NCBI GenBank assembly: GCA_903869345.1
Contig: CAIPYM010000008.1
Location: forward strand, 15,194 to 79,193
Direction of reading: 5' to 3'
Length of the DNA: 64,000 bases
From: an uncultured Pseudomonadota bacterium
GTDB taxonomy: Bacteria > Pseudomonadota > Alphaproteobacteria > UBA9219
Part shown: one piece after another, positions 9,622 through 20,313 of the stretch
Position numbering within the stretch: position 1 is the first letter of the stretch
Layout of the letters: every line of letters starts with the position of its first letter
Position numbers and translations under genes: made by a program
The notes under the pieces: generated by a model
What the model was told of the DNA's origin: nothing
Seen by the model: the letters and a program-made list of their open reading frames with translations, nothing else
Database searches by the model: none

Positions 9622-10651
9622 GTTGATCCTCCTCCGAGTTCTTCGCGATGATGATCTCCCCTTTGGCAGCGAGGTCTTTCGCAGCCTTCGCAATGTTGTT
9701 CTGAGCCTCTTCAATATCATGCAACCGCGTCGGCCCCAGACTCGCAATATCCTCCCGCAAAAGACGGGCGGCGCGTTCGGACATGTTCTTGAAGAAAAGG
9801 GTTTTAAGCTCCTCGGATGTGCCCTTCAGAGCCAACGGTAACTTATTCTTGTCCACCGCACGCAGAATAGACTGAATGGCCCCACCGTCGAGCCGTGTGA
9901 AGTCCTCGAACGTGAACATAAGGCTTTTAATTTTCTCCGCCGATTCGTGGTTTCGCTCCTCCAGACTGCCGATGAACCGCGTTTCGGCCGAGCGATCGAG
10001 GTTGTTGAAGATTTCAGCCATCGCCTCGTGAGGATCGCGCCGATTGGTTCGGGCGAGGTTGCTCATAAACTCGGTCTTCAGAATGCGCTCAATGTCGTCC
10101 AACACGTCTTTTTGCACCGATTCCATACGGAGCATGCGCAGGATCACCTCCATCGCAAACCCCTCGGGCAATTGAGCAAGAACCCGCGCCGCATGCGCTG
10201 GCTTGATTTTGGAAACGACGACGGCAACCGTTTGCGGGTATTCGTTCTTTAGGTAACTGGCGAGAACAGCCTCGCTCACGTTGGCCAGTTTATCCCACAT
10301 CGTGCGTCCCGCCGGACCACGAATGTCTTCCATGATGTTTTCAACGCGCTCTTTGCCGAGGACCTTCGCCAACAAGCGTTCCGTTGATTCAAGGGACCCG
10401 ATCAGCGACCCGCTGGAGGCGATTTGATCCACAAACTCGACAAACAGCTTTTCAACAACCCCCGCACCGACCGTGCCGAGTCCCGCCATGGTCTGCGAGA
10501 TTTCACGAATCTCGTCATCCGTCATGTGCGTGAAAATGCGCACAGCATTTTCCTCGCCCAGGGCGAGAACAATGACGGCAGCTTTCTCCATACCCGTCAG
10601 TGTCTTCGGGTCATCCCGAGCATGCGCGGAATCAGCATGAGCGGCAGGCAC
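9611..10651 (-). CDS. fliG: Flagellar motor switch protein FliG
   Basis: 346 aa with FliG N-, middle and C-terminal domain sequence (…[28 protein letters not shown]…). Confidence 0.9.
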   Translation of the reverse strand: MPAAHADSAHARDDPKTLTGMEKAAVIVLALGEENAVRIFTHMTDDEIREISQTMAGLGTVGAGVVEKLFVEFVDQIASSGSLIGSLESTERLLAKVLGKERVENIMEDIRGPAGRTMWDKLANVSEAVLASYLKNEYPQTVAVVVSKIKPAHAARVLAQLPEGFAMEVILRMLRMESVQKDVLDDIERILKTEFMSNLARTNRRDPHEAMAEIFNNLDRSAETRFIGSLEERNHESAEKIKSLMFTFEDFTRLDGGAIQSILRAVDKNKLPLALKGTSEELKTLFFKNMSERAARLLREDIASLGPTRLHDIEEAQNNIAKAAKDLAAKGEIIIAKNSEEDQLVY

Positions 10652-10653
10652 GT

Positions 10654-12342
10654 TCAGGTCCCTCCTTTTTCCTGGTACATCCAGGTCCGCAGGATAGCGA
10701 CGGCTTTCTCAGGATGCTCCTCAACAATCTTAGCAACTTTGTTGACGGACGAGGCTTTCACGCGTCCTTCGATGCGCGAAAGGTCAATCATGCGCTCAAT
10801 CTCGGACGTTGGCTCGGGTTCCGAAGCGGCGGCCGAAGCTCCCCCCTCTCCAGCCGCCACATCCCCCAGATGAGGCCCCTGCAACGCCGTGGCAGCAGCG
10901 GCCCCTCCCGCCTTGGCAGAAGGTGCTGTCCCCACGGCGGCGCTGGCATTGTCGAAAAACCGCCGCAGCAAGGGACGAACGACAATCAGAATGGCGAGGA
11001 ATCCTAAAAGGGCCAGCACCAACGTCTTACCTAAGCTGACCAGCTCCGTCATAGGTAAGCCCGCAATGATTTTAGGCGTCTCGGAAACCGTCCCTGCTTC
11101 CGCCTGGACGAAGGGCATCTCCTGCACTTCCAACGTGTCGCCCCGTTCGAAATCGAGATTCAGCGCCGAACGCACCAACGCGCGGATTTTGAGGATCTCC
11201 CCTTTCGGGCGCGGTTGGTAAACGGCTTTGCCATCCTTGTCCTCGGTCGTGATTCCGTCCACGAGGACGGCAACCGAGAGCCGTTTTAACTGCCCAGGTT
11301 CGCGCACCTGACTGCGCACCGTTTTGTTAATTTCGTAATTGGTCGTCTCTTCGGTTTTGTTGTTTGTCGTGCTGGTTCCACCCGACGTGCCCCCCGGCGC
11401 ACCACCGGGGGTTCCCGGCAAATTGTTGGCGATGGAAACACCTTCGCTCGCGCCCTCCGCATTTGAGGCATTTTCACTGGTATTCTGTGTGGAACGGGCC
11501 ACTTGGCTGTCCGGGTCGTAGGTCTCCGAATTTGTGGTGACACGGTCCATGTCAAACTCGGCGGAAACCTGAGCACGCACTTTTCCATACCCGACACTCT
11601 GGGAGAGCAAATCCTCAACTTTACGGGCTTGCGCTTGTTCAAACGTCGCCCGCCATTCCTGCACGTCGCCCCCCCCCGGCAGGGTCCCAGGGGCGCGCGG
11701 CCTTGCCAGCAACGTACCTTGGGAATCCACGATGGAAATCTGCGTCGGTTGCAGTTGTGGCACGGCTGCGGCGATCAGGTTTTGAATGCCCGCCACCTGC
11801 TCGCGCGTTAAAACGCTGTTGCCGCGCGTTTTCAAAAAGACGCTGGCCGTCGGCTTTTGCTCGTTGTGGCTGAACAATTCGCGCTGCGGCAAAACAAGGT
11901 GCACCCTGGCCGATTGGATCGCCGAGATTGTGCTAATGGTTCGCGCCAATTCGCCTTCAAGGGCGCGAAGATGGTTGATGTTTTGAACAAAACTTGTTGT
12001 TCCAAAACCTTCTTTTTGATCAAAAATCTCGTAACCGATCGAGCCCCCCTTGGGCAATCCATCCGCCGCCATTTCCATGCGCAGCCGCCCCACTTGATCT
12101 GCGGGAACGCGGATGCTCCCCCCCGTCGGAGCCACCTCGTACTTGATTTTCAGGCCATCCAGCTTGCGAGCAATGGCCCCAGCGTCCTGGGGATCCAAGT
12201 CCGCGTAAAGGAGAGCCATGGGTTGCGACGCGATTTGAGTCGTCAAAAACCCAAAAAACACCATCAGACACACCGCAACAATGGCAAGCGCCGCGAGACG
12301 CGTTGCACCGATGTTGCGGAAAGTTTGAAAAACATCGTTCAC
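10654..12342 (-). CDS. fliF: Flagellar MS-ring protein FliF
   Basis: FliF family sequence with N- and C-terminal TM segments. The ORF opens with TTG at 12396. Start preferred at GTG 12340-12342 ([19 protein letters not shown]), which has a GGGAGGG RBS and matches FliF N-termini. Confidence 0.85.
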   Translation of the reverse strand: MNDVFQTFRNIGATRLAALAIVAVCLMVFFGFLTTQIASQPMALLYADLDPQDAGAIARKLDGLKIKYEVAPTGGSIRVPADQVGRLRMEMAADGLPKGGSIGYEIFDQKEGFGTTSFVQNINHLRALEGELARTISTISAIQSARVHLVLPQRELFSHNEQKPTASVFLKTRGNSVLTREQVAGIQNLIAAAVPQLQPTQISIVDSQGTLLARPRAPGTLPGGGDVQEWRATFEQAQARKVEDLLSQSVGYGKVRAQVSAEFDMDRVTTNSETYDPDSQVARSTQNTSENASNAEGASEGVSIANNLPGTPGGAPGGTSGGTSTTNNKTEETTNYEINKTVRSQVREPGQLKRLSVAVLVDGITTEDKDGKAVYQPRPKGEILKIRALVRSALNLDFERGDTLEVQEMPFVQAEAGTVSETPKIIAGLPMTELVSLGKTLVLALLGFLAILIVVRPLLRRFFDNASAAVGTAPSAKAGGAAAATALQGPHLGDVAAGEGGASAAASEPEPTSEIERMIDLSRIEGRVKASSVNKVAKIVEEHPEKAVAILRTWMYQEKGGT

Positions 12343-12579
12343 GACGGACACCCTCCCTCGGTCGGCCCCTACCCGAAGCTTTTCCAAAGGACGCAAGAAA
12401 AGAAAGCGCGAAAAACCTCAACGACCACCCCGTCGCCTTCCCGGAACGGGGAATGAATCCCCCGACTCAGAGAACGCAAGGCCGGGGGATGTTACCCAAA
12501 CTTTGCGAGGATGGAAAAAGGATTCCCACACCTCGCAGAACACCGGGCCTCTTTCATGCACCCCTGGCCCTTTCCCCGA

Positions 12580-13356
12580 TCACATCACAAGAACAAACCG
12601 CGCAAGAACACACACGGCCAAGGCCACGCAAAGAGCCGGCGCAAAGGGAAATTCATGTCCCCCCCCCCGACGTTTCCAGAGGATCCCAAAGATCATCCCT
12701 ACCACCCCTGCAAGCCCCAAGAACCAGGGCGCGAACTCCATCGGCAGCCAAAGCCCCGCAGCAGCGAAAAACTTGACATCGCCCAGCCCCAACATCTCAC
12801 GTCCGCGCCATTCACTGTACACAAGGGCCAAAATGAGCCCCAGCGCCAAGAGCCCAGCGGACGTGATCAGGCCGGTGAACACCTCACCCGTGCCGATCAA
12901 CGTGGCAAGGCCCGCAAGACCCAGCGCAAGATTCAATTCGTCGGGAATGACGCCGAAGGTCAGATCGACCAGGGTGATTCCCGGCAAGATTCCAAGGCCG
13001 AACGCGAGCGGAATCATCACCCACGAAGGCTCACCTCCCAACGCACACGCCGCCATAAAGCCCAACAGAGCCCCCACGCCTTCGGCCACGGGACGACGCC
13101 AAAGCCCTCGCCGCAAGCCACACGGACAGGAAAGCGCCCTGGGACCTCCGGGACGAAAGGCCCATCCCACCAGCGGCAGAAGGTCGCGAATGCGAAGAGG
13201 TTTGAGGCAAAACATGCAGGTTGGCCAACGGCTTTCGCCCGGAAACCGCTCGGCCGAGCGAATCCCCCACGACAGGGCCGCCCCCGCCCCCATCAGGCCC
13301 AAAACAGCCCCCAGCGGCAACCACCACGCGAAAAAAAGAAAACCGGAGTCCGGCAT
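12580..13356 (-). CDS. Type IV prepilin leader peptidase (A24 family, PilD-like with N-terminal Cys motif)
   Basis: Multi-TM protein with CMFC…CPCG N-terminal zinc-finger-like motif and A24 peptidase-like TM core. No pilin gene is visible nearby. Confidence 0.6.
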   Translation of the reverse strand: MPDSGFLFFAWWLPLGAVLGLMGAGAALSWGIRSAERFPGESRWPTCMFCLKPLRIRDLLPLVGWAFRPGGPRALSCPCGLRRGLWRRPVAEGVGALLGFMAACALGGEPSWVMIPLAFGLGILPGITLVDLTFGVIPDELNLALGLAGLATLIGTGEVFTGLITSAGLLALGLILALVYSEWRGREMLGLGDVKFFAAAGLWLPMEFAPWFLGLAGVVGMIFGILWKRRGGGHEFPFAPALCVALAVCVLARFVLVM

Positions 13357-13592
13357 AAGGAAGTCCCTGCGCCAAGGCTGACGTTAGGTGTTCCCTATCA
13401 CAGGCCATTCGAAAATGCATAACGGAGATCCCTCCCGTCAGGTTGTTCCGTTCGAGGGAAAAAGGGCTTGCCCTCATCTGCCTTTTGCTGGAATGTTCTG
13501 CGGTGTGTGAGATGAAGTGTTCGGCGCTCATCAAGCAAGCGGGCGCTCCGTAGAAACCTGCCTTCCCAATCAATCCCCTTGAGGATGGCCTT

Positions 13593-14417
13593 ATGACCGA
13601 TCTTCTGTTGCTGACCAAAGCATTCGTTTTGGGCGTTGTGGAGGGTTTGACCGAGTTCTTGCCCATTTCCTCCACCGGACACCTCATCATCGTCGGGGAT
13701 TTGCTGAAGTACACGGATGCGTCCAGCAAAGTCTTTGAAATCGTCATTCAGTTCGCCGCGATTCTGGCCGTGTGCTGGTTTTACCGTGTGCGTTTGGTTC
13801 AAATCGCGCTGGGTTTTTGGAAGCCTGGAGCGGACCGGCGTTTGGCCCTTAACGTCGCGGTGGCGTTCATCCCCGCCGCCGTCCTCGGTCTTGCGTTTCA
13901 TAGCGTCATCAAGGCCTACCTGTTCAACCCCCTGACCGTCGCAGCGGCGTTGATCGGCGGGGGATTGGTCATTTTGTGGATTGAGCGTCGGCCCCGCACA
14001 GCTTCCGTGAGCTCCCTGGATTCGCTGACATGGAGGGAGGCGCTAAAAGTCGGCTTCGCCCAAGCCCTTGCTCTGTTCCCCGGCGTCTCGCGGGCCGGAG
14101 CGACGATTCTGGGCGGCATGGTGTTCGGGCTTTCACGCCAAACGGCGACCGAGCTGTCCTTTTTCCTGGCCATTCCCACCATGGCCGCCGCGACGGTGCT
14201 GGACGTCTACAAAGCCCGCGATATTTTATCGTGGAACGACGCGCCCGTGTTTGCGGTCGGCTTCGTGGCCTCGTTCCTTTTTGCCATGCTCGCGATCAAG
14301 GGACTGCTGAGGTTCATCGCGCGGCACGACTTTAAGGTCTTCGCCTGGTACCGCATCGCCTTCGGCCTCCTCGTCCTCCTCACCGCCGCAACGGGCGTCG
14401 TGGACTGGACGGGGTGA
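13593..14417 (+). CDS. uppP: Undecaprenyl-diphosphatase UppP (BacA)
   Basis: 274 aa with BacA signature ([15 protein letters not shown]…, GVSRAGATI). Confidence 0.9.
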   Translation: MTDLLLLTKAFVLGVVEGLTEFLPISSTGHLIIVGDLLKYTDASSKVFEIVIQFAAILAVCWFYRVRLVQIALGFWKPGADRRLALNVAVAFIPAAVLGLAFHSVIKAYLFNPLTVAAALIGGGLVILWIERRPRTASVSSLDSLTWREALKVGFAQALALFPGVSRAGATILGGMVFGLSRQTATELSFFLAIPTMAAATVLDVYKARDILSWNDAPVFAVGFVASFLFAMLAIKGLLRFIARHDFKVFAWYRIAFGLLVLLTAATGVVDWTG

Positions 14418-14430
14418 GTCCAACGGCGCG

Positions 14431-15372
14431 TCACTCCACCACGATGCGCGGGGCGTTGATTCCGGTTTTGGCAATTTTCCCCAACATCGCATCAGCCTCG
14501 GCCACACCCCGGAGCGGTCCCACCTGCACACGGTAATAGGGCGTTCCACGCACAACAACCTCGGCCACGCGCACCTGCCCAACCGGGGACAACGTCGCTT
14601 TTAGACGCGCGGCGTTCTCGGCGCTCGTGAACGAACCCGCCTGAACATAAAGCTGGTTGGCCCCCGGCGGGATCACAGCCTGCTGTACGGCAGGAGGCGG
14701 CGCAAACGTTTCCAGCGACGGAAGCGTCTGAGCCTCCACGGATTGAACAGCGGAAGAAGAAGCCCCCAACGAATCGGAGGACGCGAAGGATGTCACCGGG
14801 TGAACGGCGGGTCCCCTCTCCCCTGCCCGCATCGCGTCGGCAATCATGCGGCTTTCGTTGGCCAGGACCTGAACGCGCACCTTGGCGGTTCCTTGGCGAT
14901 CAAAGCCCAAAAGCTCGGCGCCCCGTTGACTGATGTCAATGATCCGCCCCGCAGCAAACGGTCCCCGGTCGTTGACGCGCACCACAAGGGACCGTCCGTT
15001 TTCAAGATTGGTCACGCGGGCCAAGCACGGCAAGGGAAGGGTTTTATGCGCCGCCGTGATTCCGTTTTTGTTGAAAATTTCCCCGTTGGACGTCTTCAGG
15101 CCGTGAAAGTCGCGGCCGTACCATGAAGCAATTCCGGTTTCGTCGTAACTGTAATCCTCCTCGGGGTAGTACCTGATCCCGTTGATCTCATAAGGCTTGC
15201 TGATCTTGTACCGCCCCGGCCCAGGCCCGGTGTAAAGATCTGGCGATCCCTGGAGATCCAGGCGTGCCCGGCCTCCCGTCCCCCCCCCACAGGCCGCAAG
15301 CCCCACGATCAGGGCCGTAAGCAACCCCCATCGTCCAACCGACCCGCAAGCCGAGATCACGCCTCGCTCCAT
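14431..15372 (-). CDS. rlpA: Septal ring lytic transglycosylase RlpA (DPBB domain plus C-terminal SPOR domain), lipoprotein
   Basis: RlpA DPBB block (GIASWYG…HGLKTSNGEIF…AAHKTLPLP…VRVNDRGPF) and SPOR-like C-terminus. Lipobox LAACGG. Start placed at MERGVISAC (15370-15372). Confidence 0.8.
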   Translation of the reverse strand: MERGVISACGSVGRWGLLTALIVGLAACGGGTGGRARLDLQGSPDLYTGPGPGRYKISKPYEINGIRYYPEEDYSYDETGIASWYGRDFHGLKTSNGEIFNKNGITAAHKTLPLPCLARVTNLENGRSLVVRVNDRGPFAAGRIIDISQRGAELLGFDRQGTAKVRVQVLANESRMIADAMRAGERGPAVHPVTSFASSDSLGASSSAVQSVEAQTLPSLETFAPPPAVQQAVIPPGANQLYVQAGSFTSAENAARLKATLSPVGQVRVAEVVVRGTPYYRVQVGPLRGVAEADAMLGKIAKTGINAPRIVVE

Positions 15373-15421
15373 CAGGACCCCCCTGTTGACGATCAACGAC
15401 GCGCCCAGGAAACCGTTCACG

Positions 15422-16471
15422 TTACCGGACGCCCCCTAAAGCATCCGCGAGAAGCCCCACCGTCAAGGCAAATCGGCTCGACCGATTCCAGTGCCGGAGC
15501 GCTTGAAAGTTATCGCCAACCAGAAAGACTCGTCCAGAGGAATCCCCGCTCTCTAATAACGACGCCTGAGGCAAGGTGACTGGCAACGCCCCCCCCTGCA
15601 GCGTTCGGACCCCCAGGAGTTCCCAAACTCGTTGAGCCTGGACTGAACGCGGGTCCCGATCAGAATCCGGCACACCCCCCGGAGGCACACGCACCTCCAG
15701 CCCCCAGGTCTGGCCTCTGCGCCACCCCTCGGCGGCCAAATAATGCGCGATGGAGGCGAGAACGTCGGCGCGATTGTTCCAAATGTCCCGCCGTCCATCC
15801 CCGTCCCCGTCCACCGCAAACCGTCGGTACGTGCTCGGCATGAACTGGCATTGCCCCATCGCGCCCGCCCAAGATCCGCGCAACGCGGCAGGATTCAGAC
15901 CCTCTTCCTGAAGAATCTGCAAGGCTTCCAAAAGCTCATTTTGAAAGAACGCGGCACGTCGCCCTTCATAGGCCAAAGTGGACAAAGAACTCAGCACAGG
16001 GAAAGAACCGATTTGTTTTCCGTAGCGGCTCTCCACGCTCCAAAGGGCGACGATCACGGAGGGGGGGACGCCCTCGTTCTGAGAAACCCCCTGGAGCGTC
16101 ACGCGTTCGTCGTTCAGGACTTGCCGCCCACGTCGCACATTCGCCGGGCTCAAGGCCGAACGGCTGTAGGCGTTTAACGTCCGGGTGTCCTCGGGTTGCT
16201 GTTGATCAAGCTCAATCACGCGGGGCAAAAACGTCAAAAACGGCACAGCGTTGTCAAACGTCTTGGGCGTAATTCCCGACTGAAGGGCCGCAGGACGCAA
16301 CACCGTCTCGCGCCACGCCTCAAACCCTACGGCGGTCGCCGAGGTCTGGGCAAAGGCCGGGCCCCCAACGCCCACCCACACGAGCGATAGAACAAGCAAA
16401 CGTCCACCGACAAGGAAACGACAAGGTGTCACGGTGGCAGACCCCTGATGAGGATTCAGGAAGGACGACAC
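15422..16471 (-). CDS. Lytic murein transglycosylase (MltB family)
   Basis: Signal peptide and the MltB/SLT family-2 catalytic motif (GVSQNEGVPPSVIVALWSVESRYG…, QCQFMPSTY). Confidence 0.75.
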   Translation of the reverse strand: MSSFLNPHQGSATVTPCRFLVGGRLLVLSLVWVGVGGPAFAQTSATAVGFEAWRETVLRPAALQSGITPKTFDNAVPFLTFLPRVIELDQQQPEDTRTLNAYSRSALSPANVRRGRQVLNDERVTLQGVSQNEGVPPSVIVALWSVESRYGKQIGSFPVLSSLSTLAYEGRRAAFFQNELLEALQILQEEGLNPAALRGSWAGAMGQCQFMPSTYRRFAVDGDGDGRRDIWNNRADVLASIAHYLAAEGWRRGQTWGLEVRVPPGGVPDSDRDPRSVQAQRVWELLGVRTLQGGALPVTLPQASLLESGDSSGRVFLVGDNFQALRHWNRSSRFALTVGLLADALGGVR

Positions 16472-16640
16472 GTTTCTTGGAAAAGAACGTGTCCAAAAAG
16501 CTAAACGGTTCTAAAGGCCAAGCGCCCTTTAAGGCAAGGACCACGGCTCCGTGTTCCAGCGATTCAGGGTCGTTCACAACAACGCGCGTCACCCCTTCAG
16601 GCAACGAGGAAATCCCGCTGGATTGGGGGAAGAGCCCACA

Positions 16641-17555
16641 TCAGGGAGACACTTCCGTCCGATAAGGCGGCCTCAAAAGCAGGAACGTTCCTGGCTCAAG
16701 GGAATATTTTTGGACCAGCCTCTCGACAACGCCGAGATTCGTCAGTTCCTCGATCCCCGCGTCCAGAAAAGCCCGAAAGGCAAAATCGCCTGCGGGCAAC
16801 AACATCACATCCGGAAAAAGGCTCACAGGTTTTTCACCAACCGCCACCAGAGTTCCCGGATTTTGCTTGAGAAAAAGTTGGACCTGATAAGGGTCTGTAA
16901 GGGTCACATCGGTCTTTTTGTGCACCACATCCAGCAGCACTTGCGACTCCGCCGTCAGATTGGGCAAAGCAAGCGTCTTGGTTTCCGGAAAATCGGCTTT
17001 GGCAACCGCAAAAGCCATGGAGCCATCAAGCCCCCCGATCACAATCGAAGGATCATGAATCGCCGCAAGGCCACGGGCAAACCGCGTGTCATCCGGACGC
17101 GCCCAGGCTTTCATCGTGCTGTAGATCAGGGGCCGTGTGAACGTTGCTTGCCGGGCGCGGACAGGGGTTCCGGCAACGCCGCACGGCATGATGTCGTACC
17201 GCCCCAGGTTGAGCCCTTCGATCATGGAGCCAAACCCGACTTCCTCGACCCACTCCACGCGCAATCCCGCCCGCGCAGCGATGTCCTCCAGTGCTTCAGC
17301 GAAAATACCACTCACTTTGCGCGTTGTCGGATCAACGACGCAGAGCGGGGAATAGGCGAGATACCCCGCCCGGATAACGCCCGTTTCCAAAATGCGAGGA
17401 AGAACGCTTTTGAAAACGCCGCTCGCCGGATGGGGGGTGACAATGCCAGGAACGCTCGCTCGCGTGACCATCCATCCGGCCATCCCTGCGGACACGCCCG
17501 TCGCGATCAAAACCGTCAGAAGAAAGGCTTGCAGGGATATGGCTGAACGCGACAT
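16641..17555 (-). CDS. ABC transporter substrate-binding protein (family 3, amino-acid type)
   Basis: Signal peptide and SBP_bac_3-like sequence. It is a paralogue of ORF 32894..33763, sharing the …VEEV(G/N)(F/W)GSMI(E/A)GL…GRYD… block. Confidence 0.7.
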   Translation of the reverse strand: MSRSAISLQAFLLTVLIATGVSAGMAGWMVTRASVPGIVTPHPASGVFKSVLPRILETGVIRAGYLAYSPLCVVDPTTRKVSGIFAEALEDIAARAGLRVEWVEEVGFGSMIEGLNLGRYDIMPCGVAGTPVRARQATFTRPLIYSTMKAWARPDDTRFARGLAAIHDPSIVIGGLDGSMAFAVAKADFPETKTLALPNLTAESQVLLDVVHKKTDVTLTDPYQVQLFLKQNPGTLVAVGEKPVSLFPDVMLLPAGDFAFRAFLDAGIEELTNLGVVERLVQKYSLEPGTFLLLRPPYRTEVSP

Positions 17556-17564
17556 GGCACACTC

Positions 17565-19490
17565 CTAGGACAGCAGAGATTTGGGCCCCTCTCCCGTCGT
17601 CCCGGCGAAGGCCGAGACCCCGAGAGGCCGAGAGAACGTGAAGGACTCCCTCGGGAGTCCGGCTTTCGCCGCCCCCGAACCTTCGGGCTCTTCACTCGGC
17701 CCGCCCTGGCGGGCGTAGAGCCGTGCATAGAGGCCCTCTTGGGCCACGAGCTGCGCATGGGAGCCTTGTTGCACGAGCCGCCCATGGTCAAGCACCAGAA
17801 TCGTGTCAGCGTCCACCACCGTGGAAAGCCGATGCGCCACGACCAACGTCGTTCGGCCCTTTTGAAGGCGCTTGAGGGCGTCTTGCACGGCCTGCTCGGA
17901 TTGGGCATCCAGCGCGGACGTCGCCTCGTCCAACAGCAAAAGGGGTGCGTTGCGGAGGATCGCCCGCGCAATCGCAATGCGTTGCCTCTGCCCGCCCGAA
18001 AGCTTCACGCCCTGCTCGCCCACGCGCGTGTCGTAGCCGTTCGGCAACGCCTGAATAAAAGCATCTGCTGAGGCGTCACGGGCGGCGTCCCGAACCTCCG
18101 CCTCGGTCGCCTCGGGGCGCCCAAACAGAATGTTCGCGCGGATGGTATCGTCGAACAGCGCGGGTTCTTGGCTCACCAGCGCGAGGTTTCGCCGTAGGCT
18201 GTCGAGCGTGATGGTGCGAACATTCTGCCCACCGATCGTCAGCGTGCCCTCGGTCACGTCGTAAAAACGTGGAATCAGATTAATCAGGGACGATTTCCCC
18301 GCGCCCGAGGGTCCAACGACCGCAACGGTTGTTCCTTGGGCCATCGTCAGCGTCACATGATCAAGCGCCAGGGGAGCGTTCGGCGCATAGCCAAAACTCA
18401 CGTTTTCAAACCGTACGGTCGAGTCCCTGCTCCGCAAAGGCTCGGCGGCAGGTGCGTTCACGATTGCGGGCCGCATGTCGAGCACCTGAAACACGCGCTC
18501 GGCAGCGGCAAGGCCCGCTTGCAGCTGCGCGTTGACCTTCGCCGTGCGCTTCATCGGATCATAGGCCAGAACAAACGCCGTGATAAACGAAAACAGCGCC
18601 CCCGTGGTGGAAAGCCCCTCCCGGATCTGCCAATGGCCATAAAGAATAACGGTCGCCATGGCCACGCCGCTCAGGACCTCGGCCATGGGGTTGGACAAGG
18701 CACTCGCACGGTAGCTTTTCAAGGCAAGCTGGTAGACGCTTTCCGTCACCTCGCGCATCACGGTGTGCTCGCGCTCCTCCAGGCCATAGGCCTTGATGGG
18801 GCGCATGCCCTGAAACGTCTGCGTGAGAAGGGCCGTCAGGCGAGCAATGGCTTCCTGCGTTTTCGTGGCGTAGCGGCGCATATGCCGTCCGATGATCGCG
18901 ACAAAAAACGCCGACAAGGGGAAGACGAAAAACGCGGCCAGTGAAAGTTTCCAATCTTGATAAAACATCACGCCGACCAGGAAGATCAACGTAAGCCCCC
19001 CTTTCAGCGAACTGGTCCAGCACTCCCCCACGGCTTGGCGCATGACGGCCACGTCGCTGGTGAGCCGCGCCAGCAACACCCCCGACGAGTGTGCATGGAA
19101 AAACGCGAGGTCCGCTTCCAACAAATGCCGATGCATCCCTTGCTGAATGTCCGTGACAATCCGTTGCCCCATGCGGTTCATCATCACGGTGTGGACATAC
19201 GTCGCAAGGCCGCGCACACCGAACAGCGCCAGAAGACCGCCGCCCATCAAAAGAACATACGCCGACGAATGATCTTGGCCGAGTTGGTTCACGATGGGTT
19301 CGATCATTTTGGCGAGCGCCCCCGTCGTCCCCGCCCCCACAGCCATAAACACCCCCGCCACCGCAAACCCGCCGAGGTGCGGGCGCAAGTGGTTAAAAAA
19401 CAAACGACGCAACAACACCCACGAGCTTTGGGCGCGAGCGGGGGCGAGGGAATCGGGAACGGGAGACATGAGCCCGGTCTTAGCAGACAC
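17565..19490 (-). CDS. ABC transporter ATP-binding/permease protein (MsbA-like type I exporter)
   Basis: Six-TM domain followed by an NBD with Walker A (GPSGAGKSS), ABC signature (LSGGQRQR) and Walker B (LLLDEATSALD). Confidence 0.85.
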   Translation of the reverse strand: MSAKTGLMSPVPDSLAPARAQSSWVLLRRLFFNHLRPHLGGFAVAGVFMAVGAGTTGALAKMIEPIVNQLGQDHSSAYVLLMGGGLLALFGVRGLATYVHTVMMNRMGQRIVTDIQQGMHRHLLEADLAFFHAHSSGVLLARLTSDVAVMRQAVGECWTSSLKGGLTLIFLVGVMFYQDWKLSLAAFFVFPLSAFFVAIIGRHMRRYATKTQEAIARLTALLTQTFQGMRPIKAYGLEEREHTVMREVTESVYQLALKSYRASALSNPMAEVLSGVAMATVILYGHWQIREGLSTTGALFSFITAFVLAYDPMKRTAKVNAQLQAGLAAAERVFQVLDMRPAIVNAPAAEPLRSRDSTVRFENVSFGYAPNAPLALDHVTLTMAQGTTVAVVGPSGAGKSSLINLIPRFYDVTEGTLTIGGQNVRTITLDSLRRNLALVSQEPALFDDTIRANILFGRPEATEAEVRDAARDASADAFIQALPNGYDTRVGEQGVKLSGGQRQRIAIARAILRNAPLLLLDEATSALDAQSEQAVQDALKRLQKGRTTLVVAHRLSTVVDADTILVLDHGRLVQQGSHAQLVAQEGLYARLYARQGGPSEEPEGSGAAKAGLPRESFTFSRPLGVSAFAGTTGEGPKSLLS

Positions 19491-19647
19491 GGGGGCTTTT
19501 GGGAAAAAGGAAAATCGCCTCCCATGTCCTCATCGGGCGGAGGAGGAAAAATGGAACAGCTCCCCTACCTCCAGGATGTTCAAAACGTGATAGGTTCCTT
19601 CGGGTTTTGTTTCTCGTCTCTCTGTCATTTTTTCTGAAAGGTCTCCC

Positions 19648-20133
19648 ATGTCCCTTTGTCCTTGCGGATCGGGCACCGATGTTGAGGTGTGTTGCGGTCC
19701 TTTGCTGGCGGGTTCACCCGCGCCGACGGCCGAATCCCTGATGCGTTCGCGGTACACGGCCTACACCCTCGGGCGTCTGGATTATCTTGATCGCACGATC
19801 GCCCCCGAAAGCCGTGACAGAGCGACCAGCACCGACATGGCCAATTCCCTCCCAAGCATCACATGGCAGGGACTGGAGATTCTCCGCGTCACGGGGGGCA
19901 CCGCTGAGGACAGCACCGGCGAAGTTGACTTCCGGTTTCACTACCGTCACCACGGCGAGGATTTTACGCAACGTGAAATCGCCTCGTTCGTCAAGCGGGA
20001 CGGGGGGTGGCTTTACCAAGACAGCATCGTGAATCCCAAGGAGCCCCCTGCCCATTCCACGAAAGTGGGCCGCAACGACCCCTGCTCATGCGGTTCGGGC
20101 AAAAAATACAAGAAGTGCTGTGGAACCCTTTGA
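19648..20133 (+). CDS. YchJ-family (UPF0225) SEC-C motif protein
   Basis: N-terminal CPCGSG and C-terminal [20 protein letters not shown] metal-binding motifs. Confidence 0.75.
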   Translation: MSLCPCGSGTDVEVCCGPLLAGSPAPTAESLMRSRYTAYTLGRLDYLDRTIAPESRDRATSTDMANSLPSITWQGLEILRVTGGTAEDSTGEVDFRFHYRHHGEDFTQREIASFVKRDGGWLYQDSIVNPKEPPAHSTKVGRNDPCSCGSGKKYKKCCGTL

Positions 20134-20274
20134 AAAAGTCGGAGGGCGGATGAGGTGAGGGCGGCGGGGAATGTTTTTTGAAGAGACCTCACGTCCTCAG
20201 CCGACGATGAGTCGACACCTTTTCAAGCCTAACCCCTTGATTCAAAACCGCTCTCGACCTCTTTGCCTCCTTCA

Positions 20275-20300
20275 CTGAGGGGGAGCCCCTCGCTTTTTTC
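20275..20300 (+). terminator. Intrinsic terminator candidate in the convergent gap between ychJ-like and the histidine kinase
   Basis: GAGGGGGAGCCCCTC hairpin followed by a TTTTTT run. Confidence 0.45.
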
Positions 20301-20313
20301 AAGGTGCGTTCGT

